DNA from: a virus
Taxonomy: Duplodnaviria; Caudoviricetes
Length of the DNA: 43,683 nt
Virus record (IMG/VR): IMGVR_UViG_3300029142_000007
Span: 1 to 43,683 of that record
Reading direction: 5' to 3' (one strand)
The first letter of the stretch is position 1. Each line of letters opens with the position of its first letter. The notes below the pieces were generated by a model. The model made no database searches. It was not told the origin of the DNA and saw only the letters and a program-made list of their open reading frames with translations. Positions 29,909-39,089 of the stretch are shown here, piece by piece. Both the position numbers and the translations under genes were made by a program.

Positions 29909-30418
29909 CTAATCTTGCTCAGTGTTGGTTTCTTCAATGATTTCTTGTACTGCTTGTGAGCTTCCTTCTGCCCTTTGTTTAATTGCTTCATGCTCTGGTT
30001 GTTCTGCGACATATTTAATCCATCCTTCACAATCTTCTATGTGTTCCATTTGCCGAAAGTTGGTTTCTTCTACCTCTCGAACACGAGCTGCTAACTTGTT
30101 ATTCACTCTCACTAGTTCTGCAATTCGCATATCAGCTTGATAGAACAAATCAGTGATTGTTTCATGGTCTGGCCAGAAAGGTGGATCACCTACAGGTGGT
30201 GTAGTGAGCACTTTGACTTTTAGATCCATACGATTTAGTTTGTTGCGCAAAGCTATCATGCGGTTCCAATGCTCAGTAGATCTACAAAGAATGGTTGCAC
30301 CTTTTGGCGCCATACTCATCATCATATATGATCTGCCAGATGCACGAGCACCAAAGAATATTTCAGCACGTTGGCCAAATGAAGGAAAGTTGCTTGAGCC
30401 GTCAGAGTTTGTAGTCAT
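29909..30418 (-). CDS. Hypothetical protein with degenerate P-loop and coiled-coil tail
   Basis: GARASGRS and WPDH motifs. Similar to the neighbouring ORF. Confidence 0.55.
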   Translation of the reverse strand: MTTNSDGSSNFPSFGQRAEIFFGARASGRSYMMMSMAPKGATILCRSTEHWNRMIALRNKLNRMDLKVKVLTTPPVGDPPFWPDHETITDLFYQADMRIAELVRVNNKLAARVREVEETNFRQMEHIEDCEGWIKYVAEQPEHEAIKQRAEGSSQAVQEIIEETNTEQD

Positions 30419-30803
30419 GGATCGTCTTCTTTAAATCTGGAGTTGGTTTGATTGGAGTTGGTAAACTATAATGCATAATCATCCGTTGGACATCTACGAG
30501 TGCATCTCTGTAGACTGCTTCAATGAGACAATGATCAAACCAAATTCGTGCTTCAGGTTGACGCGCTCTCCACTCTCCTATTCGATGCATACTATGTACA
30601 TCAATTGTGCGCGTTTCAACTTCTTTGCCTTCTCTGCGACAAAGCTGACCAAAGCGACGAGCCTCTTGCTCATGAATAAAAACAACAATGTCTCCATCTC
30701 GAACAAGTTTTACAAGTGTTGTAGTACGACCTGTTCCGCGTTGATGATTTTCTATCTCGTGCAAAGCTGCTAGGAAGTGTGGACCGTAACCATAGATATC
30801 CAT
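30402..30803 (-). CDS. Hypothetical protein with degenerate P-loop
   Basis: RGTGRTTTL, DIVVF and WFDH motifs. Confidence 0.6.
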   Translation of the reverse strand: MDIYGYGPHFLAALHEIENHQRGTGRTTTLVKLVRDGDIVVFIHEQEARRFGQLCRREGKEVETRTIDVHSMHRIGEWRARQPEARIWFDHCLIEAVYRDALVDVQRMIMHYSLPTPIKPTPDLKKTIHDYKL

Positions 30804-31006
30804 CAGAGTAACATCCCTTTGTTATCTAGCTCAATAATCTCTTTGAGCTTGAAGCCTGCTTTCTTCAATTCAATGATTTGATGAAGGCGATCATTTCCAT
30901 CTTCAAAATGATAGTTAACATTAGGCAAGTAAACACCTGTACTCTTTCCAGTACTATCATGAATTAAGAAATTATCATCGATTTGAATGGATATAGTTTT
31001 CATCAC
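30803..31006 (-). CDS. Hypothetical protein
   Basis: 67 aa, coupled starts and stops, GGAGG SD. Confidence 0.55.
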   Translation of the reverse strand: MMKTISIQIDDNFLIHDSTGKSTGVYLPNVNYHFEDGNDRLHQIIELKKAGFKLKEIIELDNKGMLL

Positions 31007-31467
31007 TCATCCTCCGTAATTGTAACTGGCACAACTGTCCACTTTTTGCCTTCAAGCACATCACGCTCACATCGAAACTTATCTACTAGACAGTCCCACA
31101 CATCATCTTCATCTTCTCTTACAGAAGTATAGTCATAGATACGACCATCATACCTAGCTATAAATCCACGTATCCTTGGAGTTTCCATATACTCACCTAC
31201 CACTTCTAGAATAAGATCGTTGTTTCTAGGATGTAGCCAAGGGCGCATAGGACGCCCCTGACCAAGTTGTCTACAGCACTTGTAGTAGAGGTCTTGATGA
31301 GCTTTAATCGGATCCTCCGTCACCTCCTCGATCAGTTGAACTAGGGTGTGTTCTATGTTGTTGTTTAACAACGTCGCGGATAGCGCTCTCTGCCCGAGTA
31401 ATTGGAGTATCCTCCGAGGCGTCATAAGCCAATTCTCCCAAATCTCTTGAAGACTCAAATGGTACAA
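31003..31467 (-). CDS. Hypothetical protein (true start probably further downstream)
   Basis: The ORF fills the gap, but its 5' part overlaps the neighbouring gene by 160 nt. Confidence 0.4.
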   Translation of the reverse strand: MYHLSLQEIWENWLMTPRRILQLLGQRALSATLLNNNIEHTLVQLIEEVTEDPIKAHQDLYYKCCRQLGQGRPMRPWLHPRNNDLILEVVGEYMETPRIRGFIARYDGRIYDYTSVREDEDDVWDCLVDKFRCERDVLEGKKWTVVPVTITEDE

Positions 31468-31774
31468 TAGGTGGTTTTACTTCTGCATGTCGATCAAGTA
31501 CTCTTGCCTTCAAAATAGACGAAGATCTTTCTGCGGCAGTAAGTACTTCTAAAGTTTCTTCCACCGTAAAAATTGCATCAGCTACCTCTTGCTGTAATTC
31601 CATCAAGAATTGACGGTCTTCTGTAAGATCTTTAATAGCTTCGTCATAGTTAGAGACAGCATTTAAGAGTTGCTGATCAATACGTTCTGTGATCTTTTGG
31701 ACAGTCTGAGCTGACTGTTTAAATCCTTTTGCATCCTTTGCTACAGGTGCTGTAGTTCTAGGGGCATCATTCAT
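31304..31774 (-). CDS. Hypothetical coiled-coil protein
   Basis: 156 aa, ATGA overlap with the helicase stop. Confidence 0.65.
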   Translation of the reverse strand: MNDAPRTTAPVAKDAKGFKQSAQTVQKITERIDQQLLNAVSNYDEAIKDLTEDRQFLMELQQEVADAIFTVEETLEVLTAAERSSSILKARVLDRHAEVKPPIVPFESSRDLGELAYDASEDTPITRAESAIRDVVKQQHRTHPSSTDRGGDGGSD

Positions 31775-32970
31775 TTCTTCATTTCCTCTCTTGCTGGCTT
31801 GAGGGCTGCATGTAGGGCTCCATTGCCCACAATCACATTGGCCAAATGCTTGGCACGAGTGACGGCTGTGTAAAAGTTCTCACGACTGAGAACAAACGAC
31901 TTGTTAAGAACAACAAGTACCTCTTCAAACTCTGACCCCTGAGCTTTGTGCGTTGTAATGGCATAAGCCAATTGAATACGCTGGCGGGGATCATAAGTAA
32001 AAATAGTTCGATCGTTTGCAGGATCATAGCTCTCTACAAGTGGTGGAATGACTACATCTTTGTCATCAAAGTTGAGCACGATATGCCCATCCTCTTGATC
32101 AAAGTCCACTACCCAACCAATCATACCGTTGTAGAGCTTGAGCTTATAATCGTTCTTTGTCCAGATAATCTTATCACCACGACGCAAGCGAACTGGTACA
32201 TCATCGTCAGCATGCTCTCTAAGAGGCAACTCAAAGTGTTCACCTGAACCGTTAAGTCTTTGCTGCATGTATGCATTGAGAGCGTACACGCCATACTTAC
32301 CTTTGTTAGTTGGAGTGATAAGCTGTTTATTTGTCCCCCTAAAGCTATCATCTACTAACTCTTCTATCTTCTCAAAGAGCTTGTGTGTACCGGGACGCAA
32401 CAAACGAAACTTCTCATTTGTGCGAGGTGGACGGCCTGCAATGATATCGTGAGCAGCTTGGATCAATCCATCATCCGAACGAAAGTTGTGTGTCAGTTTA
32501 TAAGATGGCCATTTCTCCAATAGTTTCTTAAACGGACTAACTCCAAGCACTGGTGGAAGCTGATTACTGTCACCAAAGAACCGAATGACTGCTCCGGGTT
32601 TCATTGCATCGATAATCCCACGATACAATTCTGGGTCTACCATTGAAGCCTCATCGATGAAGATTGCATCATACGGTAGAGGATAATCTTTGTTGTGTGC
32701 TGGCAGTCCTGCATCATTCTCATCTTCAGGCATTGTATAACGCATCATTCGGTGGATGGTTTTAGCTGCAATACCTGTAGCTTCTTGGATGCGTTTAGCT
32801 GCTCTACCTGTAGGAGCTGCGAGGATTGGATATTCTACTGGAATACGTTCGAAGGCAGCTTTGAGAATTGTTGTCTTACCTGTACCAGCTTCACCAGTCA
32901 CTCCAGCAAGACGCTTTTCTGTGTCAATGCAAAGCTCAATCGCTTCATCTTGTTCAGGACTGTATTCCAT
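31771..32970 (-). CDS. RecD-like (SF1B) DNA helicase
   Basis: GEAGTGKT, APTGRAA, TIHR, IDEASM, GDSNQLPPV, NG.IG, AYAITTHKAQGSE and YTAVTRA. Start reassigned to MEYSPEQ. Confidence 0.92.
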   Translation of the reverse strand: MEYSPEQDEAIELCIDTEKRLAGVTGEAGTGKTTILKAAFERIPVEYPILAAPTGRAAKRIQEATGIAAKTIHRMMRYTMPEDENDAGLPAHNKDYPLPYDAIFIDEASMVDPELYRGIIDAMKPGAVIRFFGDSNQLPPVLGVSPFKKLLEKWPSYKLTHNFRSDDGLIQAAHDIIAGRPPRTNEKFRLLRPGTHKLFEKIEELVDDSFRGTNKQLITPTNKGKYGVYALNAYMQQRLNGSGEHFELPLREHADDDVPVRLRRGDKIIWTKNDYKLKLYNGMIGWVVDFDQEDGHIVLNFDDKDVVIPPLVESYDPANDRTIFTYDPRQRIQLAYAITTHKAQGSEFEEVLVVLNKSFVLSRENFYTAVTRAKHLANVIVGNGALHAALKPAREEMKK

Positions 32971-33385
32971 CCTCAGTTTCCCCTTTTCTAAAACCAATCT
33001 CAACCAACTCATTGAGATCAATTTGTTCCATTGTTGCTTTGTGTTGAAGAGTGTATCGTTGCTGTTCTCGATGTTCAGCTATGACCTCATAATCTCCAAC
33101 CTCACCATCATCCTTGATACCTACAACACTTGTACCAACTCCTCCATTTATCATGATGAGCAAATAGTTACTCATGATTGGATAGGCTTCAATTACGTTC
33201 TTCTCGAACACTTCAGCCCAAACAAAGTCGATACCTGCCGACATGACACAAGCTCTAACTTTGAACATACCAGCGTCTCTGGTTATTACAGTGCATAAAA
33301 TAGGGGAACCATCTGGAAGGGATGCAAGTTTGTCACCTACAGTAAATTGGGAAATGCCTGTTTCAATTTGATGGTACTTTTTCAT
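32954..33385 (-). CDS. Hypothetical protein
   Basis: 143 aa with GAGG SD. Confidence 0.65.
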   Translation of the reverse strand: MKKYHQIETGISQFTVGDKLASLPDGSPILCTVITRDAGMFKVRACVMSAGIDFVWAEVFEKNVIEAYPIMSNYLLIMINGGVGTSVVGIKDDGEVGDYEVIAEHREQQRYTLQHKATMEQIDLNELVEIGFRKGETEDGIQS

Positions 33386-33402
33386 AGTAGTTTCCTCTGA
33401 GA

Positions 33403-33435
33403 GTTGCAGCGGGAGAAGAGGCTCCCCCGCTACAA
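33403..33435 (-). other. GC-rich hairpin after the SSB-like gene
   Basis: GCGGGGGAG-CCTCTT-CTCCCGC on the minus strand. No clear U-tract. Confidence 0.45.
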
Positions 33436-33444
33436 GTGTTGTAA

Positions 33445-33882
33445 TTAGGTGTCAGCGTTGTCGATTGCAGCAATCTCAGGACGCTTTTCACCTTGCCACT
33501 CACCCATCTTCAGGTTGAGCTTAACCTGATTACCTTCCCACTGATTGTGGTCAATGGTAGATGTTGCGAGGGACAGACCCAGAGCACGATACCACTTCTT
33601 CATCGCTGTAATCGAACGACGATTGGTCATGTCGAGTGCCTGAAGGCGGCTGTAGACCAGCTTTGTACCTTCCGGGTTATTCTCAACATCGTAATCTGCC
33701 GGGTAAGCTTCGGTCGGGATTTCGAATACTACGTAGTAGTACTCATTGTTGTTCTCCGACACACGCTTATCAACTTCAGCGATAGTCGCAATGTAGTTAC
33801 CCGCCGGAAGCGGCTCAAAGTCTTCAAACTCTTCGAGATTGCGCTCAAGTTGTGTGATATCTGCTTCGGTTTCTGTACTCAT
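33445..33882 (-). CDS. ssDNA-binding protein (DUF669-like)
   Basis: FEPLPAGNYIATIAEV...YYYVVFEI motif. Acidic. Adjacent to the Sak4-like ATPase. Confidence 0.72.
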   Translation of the reverse strand: MSTETEADITQLERNLEEFEDFEPLPAGNYIATIAEVDKRVSENNNEYYYVVFEIPTEAYPADYDVENNPEGTKLVYSRLQALDMTNRRSITAMKKWYRALGLSLATSTIDHNQWEGNQVKLNLKMGEWQGEKRPEIAAIDNADT

Positions 33883-33940
33883 TTCAAAATTCCTCTAGTT
33901 GTTACAAATGTTGTAGTTGGCGTGAGCAGTTTCCATCCTT

Positions 33941-34747
33941 TCATTGTGGTAGAGCCAACTTCTTTCTACCTTGTTCTTGCCACGTTCTGATCCAGACAGT
34001 GAGACTGTGTGGTTGTGTCTCATCATCAGCCTCTGGATCATATTTCAACACGAATGATGACTTCTTCTTTTCCGCATCAAACATCCGTGTTTTCATAGGG
34101 GATCTGTTTCGAGCGGGACGCAAGTACACTGTCCGCACATCATCCACATCCTCCATGTACCATACCTCTGAGATTTTGAGCCCTACGTCATTGTTAGCCT
34201 TGCCACCGAGCATCATTGTCCAAGAGATGACTTGTCCTTTTTCGTTCGATCGATCGTCGCCTTCGTGAGTAGTAAACCAACAATGTTTCTTTACAACTGC
34301 TGTAGCTTTGAGGATGTTGGACACTGCACGTAAGATGTACTGGCGACGCGCACCGTACGCAGTCTGTCCCGGTTCCTCGATTGTTGGCTTGAAATTCTTT
34401 CCCGCACCTGCGTTGTTTTTGACTGCTATGTTCAAGCCCTTCTCGGCAAGAATAGTTAAGCTGTCTACTACAACACTAGCAAACTTATCTCCATTTGCTT
34501 GGATGTACTTTGGTACATCTGTATGCATTGCATCCATCATGTTTCCGTCAGCCATCTCATACATTCGAAGCACGAGGAAGTCATCGCTTTCGGGCAAGCT
34601 TGCATCACCATCTGGATCAAGCATCACAAACAAAATGGGTTTGGGCAGGGATTGTAAGAAGGTTGTCTTTCCGGCACCAGCTCTACTCCAGAGAATACCT
34701 GTCGATCGAACTTGCTGGTTCTTTGTCGTTTCTACTGGTGGCATCAT
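33941..34747 (-). CDS. Sak4/AAA_24-like ATPase (ssDNA annealing/recombination)
   Basis: SRAGAGKTT Walker A, VVVDSLT Walker B, FTTHE and KTR. Confidence 0.8.
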   Translation of the reverse strand: MMPPVETTKNQQVRSTGILWSRAGAGKTTFLQSLPKPILFVMLDPDGDASLPESDDFLVLRMYEMADGNMMDAMHTDVPKYIQANGDKFASVVVDSLTILAEKGLNIAVKNNAGAGKNFKPTIEEPGQTAYGARRQYILRAVSNILKATAVVKKHCWFTTHEGDDRSNEKGQVISWTMMLGGKANNDVGLKISEVWYMEDVDDVRTVYLRPARNRSPMKTRMFDAEKKKSSFVLKYDPEADDETQPHSLTVWIRTWQEQGRKKLALPQ

Positions 34748-34749
34748 TC

Positions 34750-34977
34750 TTAGTTTCCTTTTCCCGCTCGAATGTCTTGCGGGTCTGTTGTCTTAGAAGC
34801 TACAATACTTGTAGCGAGGTTTTTAATCAATCGAGTTTGTTCACTATGCAACAAAGTTGTAAGATCACTAATTGCATCATACACAGTAGTTTTACCTGCT
34901 GTTACGTCGCTGTGTACTCCCTCCAGATACGAGATCACGCTAAGTGTCTCTCTTGCCAGCGTTTTAGATTTTTCCAT
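34750..34977 (-). CDS. Hypothetical protein
   Basis: 75 aa, within the operon. Confidence 0.55.
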   Translation of the reverse strand: MEKSKTLARETLSVISYLEGVHSDVTAGKTTVYDAISDLTTLLHSEQTRLIKNLATSIVASKTTDPQDIRAGKGN

Positions 34978-35176
34978 CCGATTTACCTATGTACTTGTAG
35001 CCGATGATTGTCGGCGGTTTTATCCTCTTGATTGGTGCGTCAACAACATCCTCTTTATACACGCTTTTCATTGCTTTTTCAAGCCCCCTGCGCAAATCAA
35101 TCTCAGTCATACCTATAGGCTTTACGACCCTAACTGTCAAGTGTACTTCTTCAAAGAATTTTTTAGCCATCACCAA
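34964..35176 (-). CDS. Hypothetical protein
   Basis: 70 aa, within the operon. Confidence 0.5.
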   Translation of the reverse strand: MVMAKKFFEEVHLTVRVVKPIGMTEIDLRRGLEKAMKSVYKEDVVDAPIKRIKPPTIIGYKYIGKSDGKI

Positions 35177-35388
35177 TCCTGATCGTCGATTTGGTCCCCA
35201 AGCTCAATTTCATCCTCGACTACATCACCTGTAACAAAGACCTTCGACAGTGGCTCAAGTCCATACTTCTCTTGAATAGTCTTAACTACTTCAGGAGTAT
35301 GCGTTTCGAGCCCTAAGGTCCTATCCTCGTTGTATATGAAGATACCAAGCCCATGTGCATCCATCTGGATCTTAAACGTTTGGCTCAT
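35170..35388 (-). CDS. Hypothetical protein
   Basis: 72 aa, ATGA overlap with the nuclease stop. Confidence 0.55.
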   Translation of the reverse strand: MSQTFKIQMDAHGLGIFIYNEDRTLGLETHTPEVVKTIQEKYGLEPLSKVFVTGDVVEDEIELGDQIDDQDW

Positions 35389-36470
35389 TTAATCTCTGCC
35401 TTTGCAAGTTTGCGCTCAATCTCAAGCTGACTTGGAGACTTTGGAGCTGGTTCCATATCTTCAAACATCCACTGTTGCTCAACTTTGGTGCCTGCACACA
35501 AGTCTACAAATCCACATGGGTTATAATACCGATTGCATGAATGAGTAAACATAGGAGAGTTAAGCACATCGTCTTTGTATTGCATGTAAAGATTGTGTGC
35601 GTAATTGATTGTATCCAACCATTCGAGTTTCTTGTCATTGTCCCTCCACGCTTCAAAAGCTATGTAATCTTCATGATTGCCTGTTTGTTTGACCTTGATA
35701 CCAAGTATCCTAGTCTGCTCAACTACAAGACCTGTAGTCATTTCTGACATGACCATGTATCCTGTGGGTTGCTGTGACACTTCGAATGCTCGCCGAAACG
35801 CATCATCCAACCGGGATGCTGTCTTGAGTTCTTCGAGTCTAAGAGACTTGCCATCAGCACGTACACTAATACCGTCAACAGTGCCGATATAAATAAACTT
35901 TTCATCAACGACGATCGCCCATGTGTTCTCAATGCCTACAGCACTTGTAGGATCATTTTCGTCTTCTACCCAAATCTGATTACGATCCATCGTTGCCCAC
36001 TGCTCTTTTACAAAGCGAAGTGTAGCTTCTTCAAGGTTCGCAATTGTGCGGTTCTTATCTCGGGGATCATCGTAGAACGTACCAGTGTGGATCGTACCAA
36101 AGCAAAGCATCTCCAGCTCATTGCGTGGGTCACGTTTCTGGTCCGTAGCTGTCTTTAGAATAGTCTCCCATCGATTGGGATACTCTTCTGTATTAAACAG
36201 TCGTTTGCCGTGATAGGCTGCATGATCTTTCAATCCTTGTTTACGCCAAAGTTGCCAAAGACGAATAGAACTGAAGACCTCATGCATCGCGCTTCCAGCT
36301 TCTAGAGCCATCGCACGATAATTAGTTTTGAAATACAGTCCCTTCATGTATCGAATGATACCCCATTTGGGACAAGTTAGAATTGCTGTGGTAATGCTGT
36401 GTGAGTACACTGGCATCCCACTATCAAAGTCTGCTTTTGTAGCAAACCGTACACGATCACGATAATTCAT
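35385..36470 (-). CDS. PD-(D/E)XK nuclease (RecB/AddB/Cas4-like exonuclease)
   Basis: SHS...TCPK, GSAMH, GTVD...EELKT...Q...Y and C-terminal C..Y..C....C Fe-S-type cysteines. Start set at MNYRDR. Confidence 0.8.
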   Translation of the reverse strand: MNYRDRVRFATKADFDSGMPVYSHSITTAILTCPKWGIIRYMKGLYFKTNYRAMALEAGSAMHEVFSSIRLWQLWRKQGLKDHAAYHGKRLFNTEEYPNRWETILKTATDQKRDPRNELEMLCFGTIHTGTFYDDPRDKNRTIANLEEATLRFVKEQWATMDRNQIWVEDENDPTSAVGIENTWAIVVDEKFIYIGTVDGISVRADGKSLRLEELKTASRLDDAFRRAFEVSQQPTGYMVMSEMTTGLVVEQTRILGIKVKQTGNHEDYIAFEAWRDNDKKLEWLDTINYAHNLYMQYKDDVLNSPMFTHSCNRYYNPCGFVDLCAGTKVEQQWMFEDMEPAPKSPSQLEIERKLAKAEIK

Positions 36471-36691
36471 AGTTCTGCACTCGCTGTCCACATCATTCCA
36501 CCAAGATCAAAAGTTAGTATCTTTTTATGAGCATCTACGGTTTCAACACTAACAAGTTTTCCTGTATAAATGCCCGGAGGTAGAATATCATCACGCAGAG
36601 CTTGAATCTTCATCAAGTTGGATGCTGTTATGGCTACAGGTGCTGTAGCTCCTATCCCTAGCAAGAATTTACGTCTGCTTAATAAAGTCAT
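36467..36691 (-). CDS. Small protein with twin-arginine-like N-terminus
   Basis: MTLLSRRKFLLGIGATAPVA. Confidence 0.55.
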   Translation of the reverse strand: MTLLSRRKFLLGIGATAPVAITASNLMKIQALRDDILPPGIYTGKLVSVETVDAHKKILTFDLGGMMWTASAEL

Positions 36692-36992
36692 GCCGAGCAT
36701 TCCTCTCATAGTGAAATTGGTTATCACGCTCAACTTGTTGAAGTTGTCTCAGTATAGTTTCTACTGTGTATCGTTGAGCAAAAGCTTCAACAATCGACTT
36801 CAAGTCGTAGTCATACTGATTAAGTTGTTTGCGTATCTCTGATGGCATCTCATCGAACAGGTCAAAGTATGTCATACCGGGCCAAAGGTGGATCACTTCT
36901 ACAGGAGATGTAGAGGGGATATCACGGTACACAGGTATGTCATAAGCACGACTTATCTGTACCGGAACCTGTCCCGATGGGATTGCCATCAC
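36669..36992 (-). CDS. Hypothetical protein
   Basis: 107 aa, within the operon. Confidence 0.55.
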   Translation of the reverse strand: MMAIPSGQVPVQISRAYDIPVYRDIPSTSPVEVIHLWPGMTYFDLFDEMPSEIRKQLNQYDYDLKSIVEAFAQRYTVETILRQLQQVERDNQFHYERNARHDFIKQT

Positions 36993-37297
36993 TCATCCTT
37001 TGCAAGATTTTGGTGCGTAACCATATCCATAGCTGGATCTTTGAAGTCAGCATCAAACTTCTTATCCATCTGTTTAGCCTGCTCAATTGACTGAGCAATC
37101 TCTGGATTAAGTTTGGCTAACAAAATGAAAGCCTTCATCAACTTCTGATTGATTGCTTGCTGCTGATTAATAGCTCTCTGCATATCAAAAAGCTGAAGGT
37201 TCTGCTCTGCAATGATTGTAATTGCAGCTTGCGGCATAGTTCCTCGAAGGGCTTTATGAATATCTTCAACCGTACGGCCAACAATATCGACGGGCAT
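36989..37297 (-). CDS. Hypothetical coiled-coil protein
   Basis: 102 aa, AGGAG SD inside a palindrome copy. Confidence 0.65.
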   Translation of the reverse strand: MPVDIVGRTVEDIHKALRGTMPQAAITIIAEQNLQLFDMQRAINQQQAINQKLMKAFILLAKLNPEIAQSIEQAKQMDKKFDADFKDPAMDMVTHQNLAKDE

Positions 37298-37543
37298 TTA
37301 CATCTCCTGTAGGTGAAAGTGTCGAATAGACGCGGAGTTGTATGTAGGATAGACTTCACCTATGAAGGCATGCAATACCCAAACAACGATACCAGATATT
37401 ACAGCATGGAATATCAACTGTCGGTCAAATGTCAGTATACCTACAACACTTGTAACCAGAAAGTACGCCCATGCTCCTACATACAACAACATTGTCTCAC
37501 TCTTTTCTATCTCTGCAAAACCTATACAGATCTTTACTGTCAT
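37298..37543 (-). CDS. Hypothetical membrane protein
   Basis: Two hydrophobic segments. Confidence 0.5.
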   Translation of the reverse strand: MTVKICIGFAEIEKSETMLLYVGAWAYFLVTSVVGILTFDRQLIFHAVISGIVVWVLHAFIGEVYPTYNSASIRHFHLQEM

Positions 37544-37685
37544 ATGGTAACTTCTCAGCCTGCCAATATGCTCTCATATCTTCTACACAAGCATCACCTG
37601 CTACATAGAAAAACACTCGATAAAGGACTCCTGCAAAAGCAAGTAAGCTGATAATTATCAAGAACACCGTAAAACCTGTTTTCAT
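37497..37685 (-). CDS. Hypothetical membrane-anchored protein
   Basis: N-terminal TM segment. Confidence 0.5.
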   Translation of the reverse strand: MKTGFTVFLIIISLLAFAGVLYRVFFYVAGDACVEDMRAYWQAEKLPYDSKDLYRFCRDRKE

Positions 37686-37689
37686 GGTC

Positions 37690-37905
37690 CTATCCTTGAA
37701 GCTTAATCATCTCAATCAACATGCCTCGCTGTACAGGTTCTTTTGCTATCGCGTAAGCTTGTCGAATGTAGATGAGTGGAGTTTCATCCAGATTGTGCTT
37801 TGGATCACCAATGCTATACAAAAACCGAGCCAGCATCTTAATAGATGGGTCCGCCTCAATGGCTCGGGCAATTGCTACATTCTGGATATGCTCTTCATTA
37901 GTCAT
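37690..37905 (-). CDS. Hypothetical protein
   Basis: 71 aa, GGAG SD. Confidence 0.55.
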   Translation of the reverse strand: MTNEEHIQNVAIARAIEADPSIKMLARFLYSIGDPKHNLDETPLIYIRQAYAIAKEPVQRGMLIEMIKLQG

Positions 37906-38194
37906 TCATTTTCTCCGCCGTCTGAATGTCATCTTCAACTACAGCCATTGTAGCTAGATCTTTCTCAATTGCTGTAATCATTTCATCCATCTTAGCGAGT
38001 TTCTTCTTCACACGCTCAGAAGCATTTTCCCACTTCTTGTGTGCAGCAGTCCCTTTCTTGACGAACTTCTTCTTCTCAGAGCTAAGGTACTCTTGAGATA
38101 GCAGATTACGATTTGCTCGCACCTCTTCAAGATGCGTTTGATATTCTTTGGCAGTCGCTGTACGAATATCTGGAGCAGTGAATAACTCAGCCAT
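37898..38194 (-). CDS. Hypothetical basic coiled-coil protein (start reassigned to MAELF)
   Basis: GGAG SD before ATG 38194. This start avoids the overlap with the WYL-like ORF. Confidence 0.6.
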   Translation of the reverse strand: MAELFTAPDIRTATAKEYQTHLEEVRANRNLLSQEYLSSEKKKFVKKGTAAHKKWENASERVKKKLAKMDEMITAIEKDLATMAVVEDDIQTAEKMND

Positions 38195-38462
38195 TTTGAG
38201 GCTCCACATAAATTGTTTCGTAAGCAATGTCCCGCAAAGCGAAACTACGAGTTTCCATCTTATCGTGATCAAATGCCTCAAGAAAGTACTGTGGGTCTTT
38301 GTGCCACTGTGTAGACCCATACCATACTTTGTGAGGGCTGACTGTTCGCGTAAGAGTTTCCTCTCTATGATTTTTGTAAGTGAATGACATTTTACTTGTC
38401 TGCCACTGAGGCATAAGCAAAGCAAACAAAAATCCTAGGGCTGCTGCGTTGTCGTTATCCAT
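38187..38462 (-). CDS. Stand-alone WYL-like domain protein
   Basis: FTYKN...TRTVSP...QYFLEAFDHDKMETRSFALRDI matches the WYL pattern Y...R.V.P...WYL.A.D.....R.F...I. Confidence 0.68.
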   Translation of the reverse strand: MDNDNAAALGFLFALLMPQWQTSKMSFTYKNHREETLTRTVSPHKVWYGSTQWHKDPQYFLEAFDHDKMETRSFALRDIAYETIYVEPQNG

Positions 38463-38835
38463 CGAGGTTCCTCTCTACAGAAGTTGTAGTGCGTTGCTTA
38501 GGTTTGATACGAGCTTGCACAACCAGAGCACGTAACTCAGGCTTGGAGATGTTATACTTCTCAACAAGCAACTCAACGAATTTCTCTACATCAAACTCTT
38601 TCCATTTATCGGTCTGACGTTCGACATAGAAACCCGGAGTTTCTACACTGAATTTGTCTTTTTGGGGAAGGACTTCTTTCATTGCTGCTTTGGCCAAATC
38701 TTTACGATTATCAGCAACCTTGGCAATGAAATTCCAGATGTAGTAACTCTCAATCACTGCATCTTTATTCTTTTTGTGCTTCTGTTCGGCTTCTTTGGCC
38801 AACTCTTCTAGAGCACTTGCGATCGCTACAGACAT
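38455..38835 (-). CDS. Hypothetical protein
   Basis: 126 aa, GAGG SD. The start codon lies inside a palindrome copy. Confidence 0.65.
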   Translation of the reverse strand: MSVAIASALEELAKEAEQKHKKNKDAVIESYYIWNFIAKVADNRKDLAKAAMKEVLPQKDKFSVETPGFYVERQTDKWKEFDVEKFVELLVEKYNISKPELRALVVQARIKPKQRTTTSVERNLDG

Positions 38836-38852
38836 TGTAGTTTCCTCTCAGC

Positions 38853-39089
38853 TTAAACCCACCTATAGCCTTTGGTGGCATGAAGCCTCCACGGCCAATT
38901 CCTTGTTTCCAAGAGCTTGTTCCACTTGATCAAAGTGGTACGTCTCGGGTTTTTACTCCGGACAAACTGACGCGGGTTCTGAGGGATGTTACACAAACCT
39001 ATGCTACTAGCACGTAGGTCCATCTTTGGTTTCTTTTTGAGATAATGTTTCCGCACTTTCGTCTCCATATCTAACAGTGATTTTCTCAT
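38853..39089 (-). CDS. Hypothetical basic protein
   Basis: 78 aa, start uncertain. Confidence 0.45.
   Translation of the reverse strand: MRKSLLDMETKVRKHYLKKKPKMDLRASSIGLCNIPQNPRQFVRSKNPRRTTLIKWNKLLETRNWPWRLHATKGYRWV

Noticed and set aside
35385-36470. Cas4 as part of a CRISPR-Cas system
   Set aside because: No other cas genes or array. The context (Sak4-like ATPase, SSB, helicase) indicates a recombination exonuclease.
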